Part shown: positions 46,304 through 57,268 of the stretch, one piece after another
Numbering within the stretch: position 1 is the first letter of the stretch
Layout: every line of letters starts with the position of its first letter
From: Candidatus Omnitrophota bacterium
GTDB lineage: Bacteria > Omnitrophota > Gorgyraeia > Gygaellales > Profunditerraquicolaceae
Length of the DNA stretch: 64,000 nucleotides
Assembly: GCA_028717245.1 (NCBI GenBank)
Contig: JAQUOD010000007.1
Location: 16,988-80,987 of the forward strand
Direction of reading: 5' to 3'
Notes under the pieces: generated by a model
The model's database searches: none
Told to the model about the DNA's origin: nothing
Seen by the model: the letters and a program-made list of their open reading frames with translations, nothing else
Translations under genes and position numbers: made by a program

Positions 46304-49243
46304 CTACCACCTCAATGGTTTTTGCCAGGCCTCTTTTAATGCCCCAAGTTCGGCTTTCAGGCAGACCTTATTATCCAATCCATAAACCTTAAACTCTTTA
46401 TTTTTATTCACGCAACCGATTAAGCCGAAAGGGACGCCTTTCAAAATCTTCTCAAATACTTTCTGTTTTTTCTTTTCTACCTCCACGATAAAACGTGAAT
46501 TTGACTCTGAAAATAGAATATAATCATTTCTCAAGTTTGGTCGTTGGTCGTTGGTCGTTGGTCGTTGGTCATATGGCACTTCCTTTAAGAATATCTCCAT
46601 CCCTAATCCGCCGGAAAAAGCCATCTCTGCCGCAGCAACGCCTATGCCGCCTTCTGAACAATCATGCATGGCTTTAATCAGGCCTAACGAAGATGCCCTG
46701 CTTAATGCCTCAAAGGTCAACCTTGCCTCACTGGGAAATACCTTAGGCACATCATTACCTATAAAACCTAATGTATCATAATAATGCGAGCCCCCTAATT
46801 CATCATAAGTAGGGCCGGCTATATAAATTAAATCACCTGCTTCTCTGGCATACGTGGAGATGGCCTTTTCGGTATCTTCCATTACTGCGATTGCGGAAAT
46901 CAAAAGTGTCCCCGGTATAGCCATAGATTTGTTTTTTACGGCGTATTCGTTGTTAAGGCTGTCTTTACCGGAAATAAAAGGCGCCCCGAAGGCCTTGGCA
47001 ATATCGTAACAGCCGTAGGCTGCCCTGACCAGGCCCCCTAACCTATCCGGTTTGTCGGGATTACCCCAGCAGAAATTATCCAAGAGCGCCACTTCTTTTA
47101 ATGAGCCACCGACGGCAATAACCTGGCGCAGGGCCTCGTCAATACACCCGGCAGCCATCCAGTAAGGGTCAATAAAACCAAACCTGAAGTTTATGCCGTT
47201 GGAAACGATGACGCCTTTTTTAGAATTTAAAATCGGCTTAACCACGCTAGCATCGGCAGGGCCGTCATTAGCAATGCCGACCAGGGGTTTTAAAACCGAG
47301 CCTCCCTGCACCTCATGGTCGTATTGCCTGATAACCCATTCCTTAGAACAGACGTCATAATGAGAAAGTAATTGTAAGAGGCAGGGCGTAAGGTTCCTAG
47401 GACAGCTAAACTCCGGTTCTCTGTGTTTAGGCTGGATGAATACGGCTTTTTTTTCTATTTCCGGCAGGCCCTCATGCAAGAACTGCATATCCAAATCACA
47501 GGTTAAACTGTCTTTATAGTAAAGTTTTAACCCTCGGCTACCGGTAAATTCTCCGATAACCGTGGCCTCAACATCTTCTTTATGAAAAACATCCATAAGG
47601 GCACCGAGCTTTCCCTTAGGGACCGACAGCACCATCCTTTCCTGCGATTCCGAAATCCAGATTTCGGTGTAAGAGAGGCCGGAATATTTTAAAGGGACTT
47701 TATCCAAGTCTATACGGGCCCCTAAATCGCTCCCCATTTCTCCGACAGCGCTGGATAAGCCTCCTGCGCCGCAGTCGGTAATCGCATTATACAGATTTCT
47801 ATCGCGGGCCTGTAATATCGTATCTACCATCTTTTTTTCCTGGATAGGATTGCCGATCTGCACTGCGCCGCTGGATATCTTTTCGGATTCATGCGTCAAT
47901 TCTCCCGAAGAAAAGGTAGCCCCGTGTATCCCGTCCCTGCCTGTCCTGCCTCCTACTACTACCACGAAATCACCTTTTTTTACCTGTTTAAACGATTTAT
48001 CTTTAGGCAGGATACCCGCGGTTCCGCAGTAAACTAAAGGGTTACCTGTAAAACCTTCATGGAAGAGTATTGCGCCGTTTACCGTCGGAATGCCCATTTT
48101 ATTTCCGTAGTCACGTACGCCCGAAACTACGCCCTTCATTATGCGCTTAGGGTGCAGCGTGCCGGTTGGCAGCTTGCTAAAAGGATAATCAGGCGGTCCA
48201 AAACAAAAAACATCGGTATTCAAAAAAGGCCTTGCGCCTAAACCCGTACCTAAAGGGTCACGGATTACCCCGCCTATACCTGTGTTCGCGCCGCCAAAAG
48301 GCTCCAGGGCCGACGGATGATTATGCGTTTCTACTTTAAAACAGACATTGTATTTATCGTCGAACCTGATCACTCCGGAATTATCCTGAAACACAGAGAC
48401 ACACCAGGGCTTATCCAATTCTTTAGTCACCTTCATTATCGTGGATTTAAGAAGATTATTTATTAATTTTGGCGTTAGGTTTTTGGTGTTAGGTTTTTGG
48501 TGTTTATCCTGACACCTCTCATAATATTTTATCTTACCGCGAAACGTCTTATGCCCGCAGTGCTCAGACCATGTCTGGGCAATAGTTTCTAATTCACAGT
48601 CAGTGGGGTTACGTTTTAATTTTTTGAAGTAATTCTTTATCTGCTGCATCTCCGTCACATTCAAAAATAGCTGCCCATCCTGAGAGATTCTCTTCAACCT
48701 CTCGCTTGAGGCACCCAATAAATCTACGGTGATTAAATTAAACCGGTAGCTTGATTGCGCGACGGACGAAGGGCGGCGGGCGGCGGACGAAGGATTAACA
48801 ATATGCTGGATTAATTTATTATAAAGCAGCTTCTCGGAAACCGTCTTTAACTGGTGGCGGTTGAGCCTGCCTTTGATAATATATTTTTTGGCAGTCCTTA
48901 TTGATTCTACCCCTTCTATGCCGAGATCTCTTATTCCTTTTAACACGGATTCTTCGGCGGGATCCATTACGCCCGTATTATAAGCTATTTCTATAGTGTG
49001 GTATTGCTTGGGGTCGCGGATAAGCGGCAGGAGGTTAAAGTCCTGGGTAATTTTATCTGCCAGCAGTTCTTGCGAAATCAGTCTTATTTTTTCCTCGGCT
49101 ACCCTGCCTTCAATGGCATAAACCTGCACAAAACGGACCTCTTCCACAGAATTTATCCCGAGGTCGCGGATATCCCTTTCGATGCCGCTGCCGACGGCAT
49201 CAAAGATACCCGGTTTATCGCTTACTTCAATGTGCCAAAGCAT
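46304..49243 (-). CDS. purL: Phosphoribosylformylglycinamidine synthase, PurS-PurL fusion
   Basis: 979 aa. The N-terminal ~80 aa is PurS-like, and the remainder is PurL (AIR synthase-related) domains. It contains two in-frame microsatellites. Confidence 0.85.
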   Translation of the reverse strand: MLWHIEVSDKPGIFDAVGSGIERDIRDLGINSVEEVRFVQVYAIEGRVAEEKIRLISQELLADKITQDFNLLPLIRDPKQYHTIEIAYNTGVMDPAEESVLKGIRDLGIEGVESIRTAKKYIIKGRLNRHQLKTVSEKLLYNKLIQHIVNPSSAARRPSSVAQSSYRFNLITVDLLGASSERLKRISQDGQLFLNVTEMQQIKNYFKKLKRNPTDCELETIAQTWSEHCGHKTFRGKIKYYERCQDKHQKPNTKNLTPKLINNLLKSTIMKVTKELDKPWCVSVFQDNSGVIRFDDKYNVCFKVETHNHPSALEPFGGANTGIGGVIRDPLGTGLGARPFLNTDVFCFGPPDYPFSKLPTGTLHPKRIMKGVVSGVRDYGNKMGIPTVNGAILFHEGFTGNPLVYCGTAGILPKDKSFKQVKKGDFVVVVGGRTGRDGIHGATFSSGELTHESEKISSGAVQIGNPIQEKKMVDTILQARDRNLYNAITDCGAGGLSSAVGEMGSDLGARIDLDKVPLKYSGLSYTEIWISESQERMVLSVPKGKLGALMDVFHKEDVEATVIGEFTGSRGLKLYYKDSLTCDLDMQFLHEGLPEIEKKAVFIQPKHREPEFSCPRNLTPCLLQLLSHYDVCSKEWVIRQYDHEVQGGSVLKPLVGIANDGPADASVVKPILNSKKGVIVSNGINFRFGFIDPYWMAAGCIDEALRQVIAVGGSLKEVALLDNFCWGNPDKPDRLGGLVRAAYGCYDIAKAFGAPFISGKDSLNNEYAVKNKSMAIPGTLLISAIAVMEDTEKAISTYAREAGDLIYIAGPTYDELGGSHYYDTLGFIGNDVPKVFPSEARLTFEALSRASSLGLIKAMHDCSEGGIGVAAAEMAFSGGLGMEIFLKEVPYDQRPTTNDQRPNLRNDYILFSESNSRFIVEVEKKKQKVFEKILKGVPFGLIGCVNKNKEFKVYGLDNKVCLKAELGALKEAWQKPLRW
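46538..46572. repeat. In-frame heptanucleotide microsatellite (TGGTCGT)x4 plus TGGTCAT inside purL
   Basis: Encodes YDQRPTTNDQRPN. Confidence 0.8.
48467..48504. repeat. In-frame 14 nt tandem repeat (GTTAGGTTTTTGGT, ~2.5 copies) inside purL
   Basis: Encodes HQKPNTKNLTPKL. Confidence 0.75.
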
Positions 49244-49286
49244 AAAGTTTTTAAAGATAGGGGGGTTATTTCGCGGCGGGTCTTAA

Positions 49287-50579
49287 TTATAACCCGACTT
49301 TTCGGAAAATCTTATTTACGTTACGCAGATAATAATCTAAATCAAAAATCTCATTTAACGCCTTCCGGTTGAGATAGCATAAAACTTCTTTATCCCTTAA
49401 AAGCGCTTCTTTAAAGTCCAGACTCTCCTTCCAAGACTTCATGGCATTCCTCTGTACCAGCTCATAAGCCTTCATGCGGACGATGCCTTTATCCATCAAT
49501 GCCAGAAGGACCCTCTGGGAAAAAATCAGGCCTCTCGTTTTTACTAAATTCGCCAGCATATTTTCCGGATAAACCACCAATCCCTCTATAACCTCAATAA
49601 ATTTATTCAGCATATAATCTAAGGCAAGGGTAGAATCCGGTATGATTATCCGCTCTACGGAAGAATGGCTGATATCGCGTTCATGCCACAAAGCCACATT
49701 TTCCATCGCTGCCAGGGCATTGCCGCGTAAAAGACGGGCCAGCCCGCAGATGCGTTCGCAGATAACAGGGTTACGCTTATGCGGCATGGCAGATGAACCC
49801 TTCTGTCCCTTACCAAAAGGCTCTTCCGCCTCTAAGACTTCTGTTCTCTGTAAATGCCTGATTTCAGTGGCAAACTTTTCTAAACTTGCGCCAATAACAG
49901 CTAAGGTAGCCATATATTGGGCATATACATCTCTTTGTATAACCTGGGTAGCAATGCGCGCGGGTTTAAGTCCAAGTTTCCCACAGGCATAGGCCTCTAC
50001 TTCAGGAGAAACATTGGCATAGGTACCGACTGCTCCGGAAATCTTACCGACTGCTACTTCTTCTTTTGCCAGTTTAAGGCGCTCTAAATTGCGCCTGGTC
50101 TCATCAAACCAAAGAGCGAATTTTAGGCCGAAGGTAGTAGGTTCTGCGTGCACCCCGTGGGTCCTGCCGATACAAACCATCTCCTTATATCTCTTGGCTT
50201 TCTTAGCAAGCAGATTAAGCAGATTGCTTAAGTCATTGAGTAATATATCCGAGGCTGCTTTCAGCTGTACCCCTAAAGTTGTATCCAAAAGGTCGGAAGA
50301 AGTCAGGCCAAGATGCAGGTATTTGGCATCCGTCCCAATATATTGTGCCACGTTAGCCACAAATGCCACTATATCGTGTTGCGTCTTGGTTTCTATTTTC
50401 TTAATCTGGCTTAGGTTAAACTTTGCTTTTTTCCTGACTCTCTTCGCCACATCTTGCGGGATTTTCTTTTCTTTAGCGAGGGCTTCTAGGGTGAGTATTT
50501 CTATATCCAGCATGGTTTTGAATTTAAACTCATCCTGCCAGATACTATTCATCTTGGGTAGGGTATATCTTTCGATCAT
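49287..50579 (-). CDS. purB: Adenylosuccinate lyase
   Basis: GSSAMPHKRNP fumarate-lyase signature. Confidence 0.9.
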   Translation of the reverse strand: MIERYTLPKMNSIWQDEFKFKTMLDIEILTLEALAKEKKIPQDVAKRVRKKAKFNLSQIKKIETKTQHDIVAFVANVAQYIGTDAKYLHLGLTSSDLLDTTLGVQLKAASDILLNDLSNLLNLLAKKAKRYKEMVCIGRTHGVHAEPTTFGLKFALWFDETRRNLERLKLAKEEVAVGKISGAVGTYANVSPEVEAYACGKLGLKPARIATQVIQRDVYAQYMATLAVIGASLEKFATEIRHLQRTEVLEAEEPFGKGQKGSSAMPHKRNPVICERICGLARLLRGNALAAMENVALWHERDISHSSVERIIIPDSTLALDYMLNKFIEVIEGLVVYPENMLANLVKTRGLIFSQRVLLALMDKGIVRMKAYELVQRNAMKSWKESLDFKEALLRDKEVLCYLNRKALNEIFDLDYYLRNVNKIFRKVGL

Positions 50580-50605
50580 ATCTCCTCCTTAGTGCAGAGA
50601 GGATT

Positions 50606-50633
50606 ATTATAACAAAAATTTTAAATTTAGCAA
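50606..50633 (-). promoter_or_regulatory. Sigma70-type promoter for purB with extended -10
   Basis: On the minus strand: TTGCTA, 16 nt spacer, TGTTATAAT, then AAGGAGGAG RBS and the purB ATG. Confidence 0.5.
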
Positions 50634-50635
50634 AT

Positions 50636-50675
50636 AAAAAACCCGCCATTTTTCCGATATCCTTGGCGGGTTTTT
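50636..50675. terminator. Bidirectional intrinsic terminator
   Basis: AAAAACCCGCCA-N15-TGGCGGGTTTTT. Confidence 0.6.
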
Positions 50676-50776
50676 CTAAGTTGCGGGGGCAAGATTTTCC
50701 CGCTGTTGCTACCTTTTATCACCAGCGGGATCCCGCCTCTTGACAGTATGACTATTAAGGCGGGAGAACTTGCTGA

Positions 50777-50816
50777 TTATATTTATTTGCGGGGAGAGGA
50801 TTTGAACCTCTGACCT
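50777..50816 (-). pseudogene. Orphan 3' half of an initiator-type tRNA-Met gene (anticodon loop through acceptor 3' strand)
   Basis: Minus strand reads CATAACCTGAAGGTCAGAGGTTCAAATCCTCTCCCCGCAA. This matches position for position the 3' half of bacterial tRNA-fMet (CAUAACCCGAAGGUCGUCGGUUCAAAUCCGGCCCCCGCAA), with compensatory changes in the T-stem. The 35 nt upstream cannot form an acceptor or D-arm. Confidence 0.55.
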
Positions 50817-50948
50817 TCAGGTTATGCTTACCACTACAGTTTTCACTGCTCCGCCACAAATCTTGGCGGATTTGTAGTCTGGACTATACCTTAATCCCAA
50901 AATTCAGGACCTCTGCCATCTAGTCTCTACACCTTCCCGTCGTAAAAC

Positions 50949-51488
50949 TTAACGGGCTTGGCTCGGTATTACCTTAGAACCTTGAGGCTCCACCGAATTT
51001 GGCAGACTATCCTTCAGTCGTCTCCGGCTGAGGAGCCCATTGAATAACAAATCCCAACGTTCCCTGTATTCAGCTGACTTTGGCTTACGCTGCCTTTTAT
51101 CCGTCTCTATCAGACTTGTAGTACTACCGTAAGCTGAAAATATAGAAATAGGCATGACGTAAAACACATGCAGGGAATCAAGATACAGGATTGCGAAATC
51201 AAAATCATCTTTATCATAACGGTCCCTCAACATATGTCGGCGATTAGTCTTAGTTCTTCTTACATCAACCCCGTAAGATTTCGTCTTACGATTAAACCAA
51301 GCGCTCTTCACTTGTATGCGGATAAGTTTGCCATTAAGGTCAAGCGCTAAATCGTAGGGAAGACGATCCCCTATAGGCTTTAGCACTTTAAAGCCCCTTC
51401 TTAGCAATTCCGTTATGACTGCTGATTCCGCAATATCTGCCTTGAGCTTTGTATCCATTGAGCCTGACGAGCTACCAGACTGCTCCAC
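50949..51488 (-). CDS. Hypothetical protein, PD-(D/E)xK nuclease-like
   Basis: ESAVITELLRRGFKVL...DRLPYDLALDLNGKLIRIQVKS resembles the YraN/Hjc-like PD-(D/E)xK pattern (E...G...D...hxhQ/ExK). Confidence 0.3.
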   Translation of the reverse strand: MEQSGSSSGSMDTKLKADIAESAVITELLRRGFKVLKPIGDRLPYDLALDLNGKLIRIQVKSAWFNRKTKSYGVDVRRTKTNRRHMLRDRYDKDDFDFAILYLDSLHVFYVMPISIFSAYGSTTSLIETDKRQRKPKSAEYRERWDLLFNGLLSRRRLKDSLPNSVEPQGSKVIPSQAR

Positions 51489-51594
51489 CCCGCGAAAATC
51501 ACTTGCTATAACTTAACGAGCTAACAAAGAACAATTTACTTCTACCTATCTATATGATTATGATACCGTAACCATCCTGATAACGCAAGGATTA

Positions 51595-53138
<1,544 letters not shown>

Positions 53139-53227
53139 TTAATAATAAGCAGAAAAATTCTATCACGAATAATCCTTTAGTCAATAGAAAACAATTTTTA
53201 AGGCAAGGGACAGGTACAAGATTGAAT

Positions 53228-53279
53228 CCGCACCAGGTGCCCGATTAGCTTCGCACCAGGTGCGAAAGATAGGTTGACA
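53228..53279 (+). promoter_or_regulatory. ftsH promoter region with two GCACCAGGTGC palindromes upstream of TTGACA
   Basis: CGCACCAGGTGC occurs twice, 23 bp apart. It is followed by TTGACA, a 17 nt spacer, then TATTTT just before the ftsH start. Confidence 0.4.
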
Positions 53280-53305
53280 GGGGTATAAAATTATGATATT
53301 TTATT

Positions 53306-55015
53306 TTGCATAGGATAAATATGAACTGGCGAAAGATTAAATTATTTATTAAGTTGCACTGGATCGGCATCACCATAGCCGCTTGTGCTGCTATTATCGG
53401 CATATCCCTCATAATATTCCTGCGCAATGCCATTATCGCCTGGCAGACCTCCGAATCCTATTTCAAAAAAGCCACCCTCGCCCAATCAGTAATAAGTTTT
53501 TACATCTGGATAGTAGTTTACATCATCTCTATGCCGCTAATGGGCTTGACTTGGATGTGGATAATGTCAGGCGGGGTCGCCAAATTCGGCCGCCTGCATA
53601 AAAAGGCGGTAAGCGGCGAAGATATCCGTATACACTGGGCAGATGTCATCGGCATGGAAGAATCCAAGGAAGAGGCAAAGGAAGTAATGGGCCTGATTAC
53701 TGACCGCGCCCACCTGCAGCGCATCGGAGGGCAGATTTTAAGGGGCATACTGATGATCGGGCCTCCGGGTTGCGGAAAAACTTACCTGGCCAAGGCCATT
53801 GCCACAGAAGCGAACCTGCCCTTTATAGCTATGTCAGGCTCGGAATTTATCGAGATGTTTGTAGGGGTTGGCGCAAGCCGCATCCGTAAGCTTTTTAAAC
53901 AGGCGCGCCAACTGGCTTACGCTGAAGGCGGATGCATCATATTTATTGATGAATTAGACGCCGTAGGCGCGCAACGCGCGGTTGACCGGGGTTTCGGCGG
54001 GCAGACAGAATCTAACACTACCTTAAACCAGCTCCTCATAGAAATGGATGGGATGAAAGAAAAGGATTGCAACGTCGTGATCATCGGCGCCACTAACGCC
54101 CCTGAAGGGTTCTTAGACGCTGCCCTTATGAGGCCGGGCAGGTTCGACCGTAAAATCTACATTGACCTGCCTAATTTAGAGGAACGCGAGAAATTATTCG
54201 CCTATTATTTAAAAGACGTAAAATATGACCCCTCCATTGACCGTATGAGGCTAGCCAGGTTAACCGTGGGCAACAGCCCCGCGGATATTGCTAACCTTAT
54301 TAAAGAATCGGCGCTTATTGCCGTCCGGAATAAAAAAGAAGTAATCTCTATGAAAGAAATCTCCGAGGCCTATGACCGCGTGGAGATGGGCATTAAACAC
54401 AAAATCGTATTTAGCCAAAGGGACCGGGAAAAGATTGCCTATCATGAAGCAGGGCATGCTATTGCCATGTATTTCTTTGCCCCGCATCAGGACGTATTCA
54501 AGGCTACGATTTTATCCAGGGGCGGCGCCTTGGGATTTGTCATGCCGCACCCCCGCGAAGAAATACACGTGCGCAACAAAGAACAGTATCTGGGGGATAT
54601 CAAGGTAAACTTAGGTTCCTATGCGGCGGAAAAACTGAAATTAAATATTACCACTTCCGGCGTAAGCCAGGACTTCACCACAGCCATGTGGATTGCCAAG
54701 CGCATGGTCTGGGAATGGGGCATGGGAAAATCCGGCCTGGTAGGCAATTATAGTCTATTAGAAACGATGAGTTCGGATTACGGGATATTTAGAGGAGAGA
54801 ATGTTTCCTTCGTCTCGGAAAAAATCAAAGAGCAATTAAATAATGAAGTGCAGGAGATACTACAGGAATGCCTTAAAGAAGTAGAAGGTTTGCTCAAAAG
54901 GGAATCTGCCCTGCTTGACCGCTTTGCCCAGGAGCTGCTCGCCAAAGAAGAACTCAATTATGATGAAATTGAAGCTATCTTTAAAGAATTCGGTAAGGCC
55001 CGCCCTCCTTTTTAG
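53306..55015 (+). CDS. ftsH: ATP-dependent zinc metalloprotease FtsH (short N-terminal region; start may be the Met at 53321)
   Basis: AAA+ Walker A GPPGCGKT, Walker B IIFIDELD, SRH, and HEAGHAI as the M41 HExxH motif. Confidence 0.85.
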   Translation: MHRINMNWRKIKLFIKLHWIGITIAACAAIIGISLIIFLRNAIIAWQTSESYFKKATLAQSVISFYIWIVVYIISMPLMGLTWMWIMSGGVAKFGRLHKKAVSGEDIRIHWADVIGMEESKEEAKEVMGLITDRAHLQRIGGQILRGILMIGPPGCGKTYLAKAIATEANLPFIAMSGSEFIEMFVGVGASRIRKLFKQARQLAYAEGGCIIFIDELDAVGAQRAVDRGFGGQTESNTTLNQLLIEMDGMKEKDCNVVIIGATNAPEGFLDAALMRPGRFDRKIYIDLPNLEEREKLFAYYLKDVKYDPSIDRMRLARLTVGNSPADIANLIKESALIAVRNKKEVISMKEISEAYDRVEMGIKHKIVFSQRDREKIAYHEAGHAIAMYFFAPHQDVFKATILSRGGALGFVMPHPREEIHVRNKEQYLGDIKVNLGSYAAEKLKLNITTSGVSQDFTTAMWIAKRMVWEWGMGKSGLVGNYSLLETMSSDYGIFRGENVSFVSEKIKEQLNNEVQEILQECLKEVEGLLKRESALLDRFAQELLAKEELNYDEIEAIFKEFGKARPPF

Positions 55016-55832
55016 CCTCCTTATCTGTTTTAATCTCACCGGCTGCCAGTGCCGGCCTATTGAACCTACCTATAAGGAAGAAAACCTCATTTCCACGGTA
55101 AAACAAATCTGCAAGGACGAATATAGCCTGGATGTGGCCACCGGAAGGACCCCCACCACCCTCTGGGTTTATGCGCCCGTGGATAAAATCCTGCATAAAG
55201 ATTATGGAAAACAAGAAGACAAAATATTCGATGATGAGATAACAGAAAAATTAAGGAACATACTCATCACTATCGGCCGGGTATTACTCAGCTCTGACCA
55301 TACCCCGGAATTTTTCGTGCTGGTAATCTCGGATATAAAAATCGGCATAGATTATGCTATTTTCGCCAATGTGCTGGATATCAAAAAGACTTACGCCGAC
55401 TCCATGCCTTTTACCGAAACCCAAAAAAGGTACGTCTTCAGGTTTGCCCTGGCCCCGCAAGCCATAGGAGATAAGACCGGAAAACACATCCAGATATACG
55501 ATATCAAGTTAGGGGATTTTCTCGCCCAACAAATAACGCAAAGGGTCTCTATTATTTTTCAGGGGGAAGATTTTAAGAAATATTTTAAATTAGAAAAAAT
55601 TGACGGGCTCTTCAATAACGGAAATTTTATCTTCGCGTATTCCATACGGGAGACAACCAGGCCTGACAAAGGCATAAACGCGATGAAAGAAATATTGGAT
55701 ACAGCCGCCTATTGCATCAGGACGTATGAATTCGGGGATTTTAACACTCTGGAAATAAACGATTTACTCAGGCAGGACAAGCTGATCTTAAACCGGCAGG
55801 AAATTTTAACCCGGCCCCTTTCTCCTAAGTAG
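54960..55832 (+). CDS. Lipoprotein (start reassigned to the MMKLKL Met; overlaps ftsH 3' end by 56 nt)
   Basis: Signal peptide MMKLKLSLKNSVRPALLFSLLICFNLTGC with lipobox LTGC. No in-frame start codon exists downstream of the ftsH stop. Confidence 0.45.
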   Translation: MMKLKLSLKNSVRPALLFSLLICFNLTGCQCRPIEPTYKEENLISTVKQICKDEYSLDVATGRTPTTLWVYAPVDKILHKDYGKQEDKIFDDEITEKLRNILITIGRVLLSSDHTPEFFVLVISDIKIGIDYAIFANVLDIKKTYADSMPFTETQKRYVFRFALAPQAIGDKTGKHIQIYDIKLGDFLAQQITQRVSIIFQGEDFKKYFKLEKIDGLFNNGNFIFAYSIRETTRPDKGINAMKEILDTAAYCIRTYEFGDFNTLEINDLLRQDKLILNRQEILTRPLSPK

Positions 55833-56427
55833 AGGCCAAAACTCTCCTCCCTTCTATTTTTAATTTACCTTCCGTATAAAGCCTGATTGCTTCAGGATAA
55901 AGACGGTGTTCTATGCTGTGGATTTTTTTCTCTAAAGATTCCGGCGTCTCATCATTCTCTATATTTACGGCTTTTTGTAAAATTATCGGGCCATGGTCCA
56001 TCTTTTCATCCACAAAATGCACGGTAACGCCGGTAACTTTGACCCCATAATCAAAGGCGTCTTTTATTGATTCCGTGCCCTTAAAGGACGGCAGCAAAGC
56101 AGGATGGATATTTAATATGCGGCCCAAATATTTAATCACGAATTCCGGGCTTAAAATGCGCATAAAACCCGCCAGGACAATTAAATCTATTTTATTTTCT
56201 TCTAAATGCCGGATAATTCCGGCTTCAAAATCCTTTTTGTCCGCGCAGTCCTCTCTTTTGAGCAAAGCTACCTTTATCCCTGCCCGTTTTGCCCGCCCAA
56301 TCGCGCCGGCTTTAGGATTATCGCAGACTAAAAGCGCTAAATTGGCCTTGATCCTGCCTTTCTTTACTGCCCTGATGATAGCGCCAAAATTCGTGCCTCT
56401 TCCTGAAGCAAAAACGGCAATATTCAT
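55825..56427 (-). CDS. purN: Phosphoribosylglycinamide formyltransferase
   Basis: MNIAVFASGRGTNF...NIHPALLP motifs. Confidence 0.9.
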   Translation of the reverse strand: MNIAVFASGRGTNFGAIIRAVKKGRIKANLALLVCDNPKAGAIGRAKRAGIKVALLKREDCADKKDFEAGIIRHLEENKIDLIVLAGFMRILSPEFVIKYLGRILNIHPALLPSFKGTESIKDAFDYGVKVTGVTVHFVDEKMDHGPIILQKAVNIENDETPESLEKKIHSIEHRLYPEAIRLYTEGKLKIEGRRVLAST

Positions 56428-56579
56428 TTTTCCAATTCCTTTCTCAAAAACCTTTCATTCACCGGGCCAAAATCTTCGGCCTTATCCGGGTTATTCATCA
56501 AAGAGGCGATTACCGGACGGATATAATTTTTGTTTCCGCAGCAGCCGTGAATGTAATTTACCCGTGGGACTTTTCCCAC
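56424..56579 (-). CDS. Possible small ORF (~51 aa, GTG start) translationally coupled to purN
   Basis: Reads VGKVPRVNYIHGCCGNKNYIRPVIASLMNNPDKAEDFGPVNERFLRKELEK. Its stop TGA overlaps the purN ATG (ATGA). It is in the same frame as, and directly after, the metzincin stop. There is no ATG start and it is below the track cutoff. Confidence 0.2.
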   Translation of the reverse strand: MGKVPRVNYIHGCCGNKNYIRPVIASLMNNPDKAEDFGPVNERFLRKELEK

Positions 56580-56597
56580 TAAATCACCCCACCACTC

Positions 56598-57167
56598 TTA
56601 CGCTTCCTCTTTAGTAGTAGCACAGTTAGGCGGGCCGGGTGGACAAAGCTTGCCACAATCAATGCACTCATCGCGCAGGCCCAAAGAATGCCCTAATTCA
56701 TGCAAGAACCCCTTGGAGAAACTCTGCGCATTAGCATATCTGGCTCTGCCTAAAATAACCAAGGAGAGTTTATCGCGCGAAGATAGCTCCGCGCAGGAAA
56801 CCGAACCTTGCGCATCAATTATAATCAATTTATATTCGGATTTAAGCTTATTCTTGATGCCGTCCAAAAAATCCTGGCGTACCTTTAGCGGCGGAAAGCC
56901 CTGGGCTTTTTTAAAATTCTTCTCTCCTTCATCCAGCGGCATCTGCACCTGCCAAGCATTTATTACATCCGTGAATTCATCAAAGGGCCTGGCCTTTTTT
57001 AATCTCTCCAGAATTACGCCGATATCCTTTGAAGAATCATCCCTATCAGAATAATGCAGCGGGCAAAAGACTAAATTAAGCCGCGGCTTATTCTGCTCTT
57101 TATTTGTCGGCTCTATGGTCCAACTAAGGCCATTATTTAAGAAAGAGGCCAAGAAAAAAAACAACAA
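56598..57167 (-). CDS. Secreted zinc metalloprotease, metzincin-like
   Basis: HELGHSLGLRDE is an HExxHxxGxxD/H motif. There is an N-terminal hydrophobic signal-like segment. Confidence 0.55.
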   Translation of the reverse strand: MLFFFLASFLNNGLSWTIEPTNKEQNKPRLNLVFCPLHYSDRDDSSKDIGVILERLKKARPFDEFTDVINAWQVQMPLDEGEKNFKKAQGFPPLKVRQDFLDGIKNKLKSEYKLIIIDAQGSVSCAELSSRDKLSLVILGRARYANAQSFSKGFLHELGHSLGLRDECIDCGKLCPPGPPNCATTKEEA

Positions 57168-57268
57168 GAATAATTACCTTCATCATATAAATCCCCCGTT
57201 CCACCTGCGATGTGGAACGGGTGTGGAACGATCTATCTTAAAACAATTTCGTAGGATTCGTAGGATTT

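Noticed and set aside
50777-50870. A full-length tRNA gene at 50.78-50.87 kb
   Set aside because: Only the anticodon-loop-to-3'-end half folds canonically. The preceding 35-45 nt cannot form an acceptor or D arm, so it is reported as a fragment.
56424-56600. Stop-codon readthrough joining the metzincin to the small ORF upstream of purN, since they are in the same frame
   Set aside because: There is no readthrough context or conservation evidence. A separate small ORF or plain non-coding leader is the simpler reading.
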